Below are positions 29,250 to 32,000 of a DNA stretch of 32,000 nt, piece after piece. The position numbers were made by a program, and so were the translations under genes. Every line of letters starts with the position of its first letter. The first letter of the stretch is position 1. The notes beneath the pieces are model-generated. The model made no database searches. It was not told the origin of the DNA and saw only the letters and a list, made by a program, of their open reading frames with translations. This DNA comes from Wolbachia endosymbiont of Cimex lectularius (lineage in GTDB: Bacteria; Pseudomonadota; Alphaproteobacteria; Rickettsiales; Anaplasmataceae), in NCBI RefSeq assembly GCF_000829315.1, contig NZ_AP013028.1, forward strand, positions 690,001 through 722,000, given 5' to 3'.

Positions 29250-29489
29250 ATGCAGAAAAGCAATCAAAGTATGACTCAATTTCTAAAAGAAAATGGGGCA
29301 AAAACAAGTTTAGAGATAAAAGTGCAATTAGCAGTATTAACTACGCTAACTGTTATGACCCTCAGTTTAGCACTAGTAGTATATTCTGTTATGAAGGGCA
29401 TTCGAGAAATTTCTGCAAAAAAACCATGCGGCATTCTCGATGAAGTAGAGGGCAAAAGGGTGAGATCTTCAATTACGCAAAAAGTATAA
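29250..29489 (+). CDS. Small hypothetical membrane protein
   Basis: MQKSNQSMTQFLKENGAKTSLEIKVQLAVLTTLTVMTLSLALVVYSVMKGIREISAKK: single TM segment; IS copy 3 ends 12 bp upstream of the ATG. Confidence 0.55.
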   Translation: MQKSNQSMTQFLKENGAKTSLEIKVQLAVLTTLTVMTLSLALVVYSVMKGIREISAKKPCGILDEVEGKRVRSSITQKV

Positions 29490-30084
29490 GGTCAATTGTA
29501 GTAAAATCACACAATTGCTTCGTAGAGCTATGTCCTGTAATAATTACTATACCATTTTGCTCAGAACGTATTGAGATTAGGTTCAGCACTAATTCGCAGG
29601 TTGCACTATCAAGATTACAAAATGGCTCATCTATCAGCCAAACATTCGCATTAGAGATTAAGAGGCGAGCAAGTGCAACTCTTCTTTTCCAACCTGCAGA
29701 AAGTTCACCATATCTAATATTAAGTACAGGTTGTAACTGTAAACAACAAACAGCGGCCATAATCAATTCTTTAGTATCTCGTATTTCTGCCCAGAGTTCT
29801 ATGTTTTCAGCAACAGTTAGACTATTCTTGCAGGCATTTTTATGCCCTATATAGACCATAGAAGGTATATAAGACTTTGGGTCATCATATATGTCTTTTC
29901 CACAATGCTTTATGTTGCCTGATACTGGTGGCAATAGTCCGGATAAGCTTCTGATTAAGCTGGTTTTACCACTACCATTTGGACCAGTGATTAAGATCTT
30001 AGATTTTGGCTTAGCTTGAAAACTGAGATTTTTAAATAATATTTTATTATTACGGGCACAGGATAAATTTTCACATTCAAGCAT
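29473..30084 (-). CDS. ccmA: Heme exporter ATP-binding protein
   Basis: ILITGPNGSGKTSLIRSLSGLLPPVSGNI...YIGHKNACKNSLTVAENIELWAEI...LSAGWKRRVALARLLISNANVWLIDEPFCNLD. Confidence 0.9.
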   Translation of the reverse strand: MLECENLSCARNNKILFKNLSFQAKPKSKILITGPNGSGKTSLIRSLSGLLPPVSGNIKHCGKDIYDDPKSYIPSMVYIGHKNACKNSLTVAENIELWAEIRDTKELIMAAVCCLQLQPVLNIRYGELSAGWKRRVALARLLISNANVWLIDEPFCNLDSATCELVLNLISIRSEQNGIVIITGHSSTKQLCDFTTIDLILFA

Positions 30085-30219
30085 TTACTGGACCTCCAAA
30101 GAGGACCTGGAGCCTAGATACTTCGATGTATGAACATTGCAACTTGTAGGTAGTTTGTGCAACAGACAGTAAGTGTTTGATACGTAAGCATTGTGATTTG
30201 AGAACTCTTTTCACTAAGA

Positions 30220-30440
30220 GGATGTTATCCCAGTGCCTGAGCACTGGGATCCAGGAATGCTGGTTGAACACTAGATTGGTAAGTATGGAAGTAATTAACC
30301 TAATGTTAAAACACAGCGTCAACTTTTCCGGATTCCAAATAGGAACAACATGGAATGACACAAGAAATCTAATGTTTATTAAACCCATTTGCAAGCAAAG
30401 TTTGCTGGATCCCAGTGTCAAGCACTGGGATGACATCCTT
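30220..30440. repeat. Pair of inverted palindromic repeat units
   Basis: GGATGTTATCCCAGTGCCTGAGCACTGGGATCCAG (30220~30254) and inverted CTGGATCCCAGTGTCAAGCACTGGGATGACATCC (30405~30438). Confidence 0.85.
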
Positions 30441-30521
30441 GTGTCTGAGGCAACACTGGCTGTAAAACTTAACATAATTCAAGGAGTTTAATATCAGAAA
30501 GTAGGCTGTACAACGGATACA

Positions 30522-30953
30522 TTATCTGCCCTTTCCTTTATACTTACCCTTAGTTGAAGCCTGAGCTTTTACAAACAGCTCCCAAAATCCTTTCTGTCCG
30601 CCTTCTCTATTTATCAACTGCGCCAAACGCTGCATAAATCCACCACTTAACATAACCATTTTTGTCCATTTACCTACTGGCTTTGCAATGTCAACTATTT
30701 CTGGATCTTCTTTGTAAACCTGTATATCTTTTTGCTTTTCGCGCAGCATTTCTTGATGTTTCATCAACCCTTTTTGCTTATTCTTTTGATATAATTCATT
30801 GAATTTTCTGTCTTCCTCCCACTTTTCTTCAAGGACTTTTTTAGGAAATATGATTTTCCGAATTCGGTTCTTGTATATATTTCTCAAAAAGAAAAATACT
30901 GCAGCCGCAGCAAGTAATGTTATGCTATATATTATGATCTGTACAAATGGCAT
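30522..30953 (-). CDS. Hypothetical protein with N-terminal TM segment
   Basis: MPFVQIIIYSITLLAAAAVFFFLRNIYKNRIRK...; 143 aa, charged tail. Confidence 0.7.
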   Translation of the reverse strand: MPFVQIIIYSITLLAAAAVFFFLRNIYKNRIRKIIFPKKVLEEKWEEDRKFNELYQKNKQKGLMKHQEMLREKQKDIQVYKEDPEIVDIAKPVGKWTKMVMLSGGFMQRLAQLINREGGQKGFWELFVKAQASTKGKYKGKGR

Positions 30954-31149
30954 TTTTCGTATCTAGATTTATTAAAAATACCCTTATTATTATACCACAA
31001 TTATAGAAACTCTGCAAACTTGTGTGAGCAAAGACAGCACAAAGCAACATTTCTCTATCTCGCAAGTTGTGTAAATATGCGATGAACGGGCTTGTATACA
31101 ATAAGGTTTATTTCTATACTGCTTAAAGAATTCTGGTGACCAAACAAAT

Positions 31150-32000
31150 ATGAACTACTATAAAACTCACACGTGCAATGAACTGAGAAAGAGCGATGTA
31201 GAAAAGGAAGTTACCCTCTCTGGATGGTTATACCGTAAGCGCAATCACGGTAATCTGATTTTTGTTGATTTAAGAGACTTCTATGGAATTACTCAGTTGG
31301 TATTCAATAACGATAAAGATTTTTTTGATGAAATATCAAATTTAAAATCAGAAAGTGTAATTACTGTTACAGGCATAGTCAAAGCTAGAACTGAAGATAC
31401 AGTAAACAGCTCTATTTCTACCGGAGAAATCGAGGTGATAGTCAACAATTTGCACGTTGAGTCGGAAGTTGAGTTCCACCGCGATGAAGAAATAGCAAAA
31501 GAAGAAAGAAGTATATTAGCAAGCATTACCGGTGAGCAAGAATACCCAGAAAATATGAGATTTAAATATCGATTTCTTGACTTAAGACGTGAGAAAGCCC
31601 GCAACAACATTATTTTGCGCTCACAAATCATTGCAGAACTCCGCAGTCTCATGATAGAGCAAGGATTTTTAGAGATTCAAACACCAATACTCACTGCTTC
31701 CTCTCCTGAAGGAGCACGCGACTACCTAGTGCCAAGCAAGCTAAATCCTGGCAAATTTTATGCATTGCCGCAAGCTCCGCAGATTTTCAAACAGTTGCTC
31801 ATGGTCTCAGGGTTTGATAAATATTTCCAAATTGCACCGTGTTTTCGTGATGAAGACGCAAGGGCTGATCGTTCTCCTGGGGAATTTTATCAGCTAGACC
31901 TTGAAATGTCTTTTGTGACTCAAGAGGACATATTTGACGTTATTGAATCTGCTTTATATAAAGTGTTCGCCAAGTTTTCTCGCAAGTCTGTTGACAAAGA
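31150..32000 (+). CDS. aspS: Aspartyl-tRNA synthetase, 3' part outside window
   Basis: [53 protein letters not shown]...[71 protein letters not shown]. Confidence 0.97.
   Translation, partial: MNYYKTHTCNELRKSDVEKEVTLSGWLYRKRNHGNLIFVDLRDFYGITQLVFNNDKDFFDEISNLKSESVITVTGIVKARTEDTVNSSISTGEIEVIVNNLHVESEVEFHRDEEIAKEERSILASITGEQEYPENMRFKYRFLDLRREKARNNIILRSQIIAELRSLMIEQGFLEIQTPILTASSPEGARDYLVPSKLNPGKFYALPQAPQIFKQLLMVSGFDKYFQIAPCFRDEDARADRSPGEFYQLDLEMSFVTQEDIFDVIESALYKVFAKFSRKSVDK

Noticed and set aside
29144-29443. Frame MIEEVEEYSLRPCHAEKQSKYDSISKRKWG... restored when IS copy 3 is removed
   Set aside because: Although open, it is compositionally unlike a protein, and the overlapping frame 29250..29489 has a clear TM segment and is the better candidate.
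30077-30491. 132-aa and 104-aa overlapping ORFs on opposite strands
   Set aside because: Both are built mainly from the two palindromic repeat units; no family resemblance.
1-32000. CRISPR array, restriction-modification or other defence system
   Set aside because: No regularly spaced repeats with unique spacers and no cas, nuclease or methyltransferase genes of that type were seen; the repeats here are irregularly placed and palindromic.

Overview
AT-rich window whose gene content matches a Wolbachia chromosome (assignment from remembered family and gene content; no search was run). Core genes on both strands include a NuoN/MrpD-like subunit (partial), agcS, groES-groEL, ygfZ, ftsW-ubiE, tkt, rpsD, tRNA-Leu(UAA), iscX, ribD-dgt, an A-type Fe-S carrier, lolD, an alpha/beta hydrolase, a cysteine desulfurase, ccmA and aspS (partial). 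The left 7 kb is accessory: an ankyrin gene, a phage late-control-D-like remnant, an EamA transporter and a UDP-glucose dehydrogenase cut off by an IS. Three near-identical IS5-family copies (860-861 bp) are present. Main points for a second look: (1) a dispersed non-coding repeat family with at least four near-consensus sigma70 promoters (TTGACA-N17-TATNAT-like); (2) an IS whose full transposase needs slippage at poly-A tracts, with A8/A9 variation between copies; (3) an IS copy with mismatched target duplications at the ugd break, implying recombination; (4) a relBE-like pair with both genes broken; (5) palindromic repeat DNA read in frame inside transketolase; (6) a 57-aa lipoprotein, missed by the ORF track, with a VirB7-like motif; (7) an Asp-rich insert in an IscA/ErpA-type protein; (8) a group II intron scrap and a 106-bp inverted-repeat unit.
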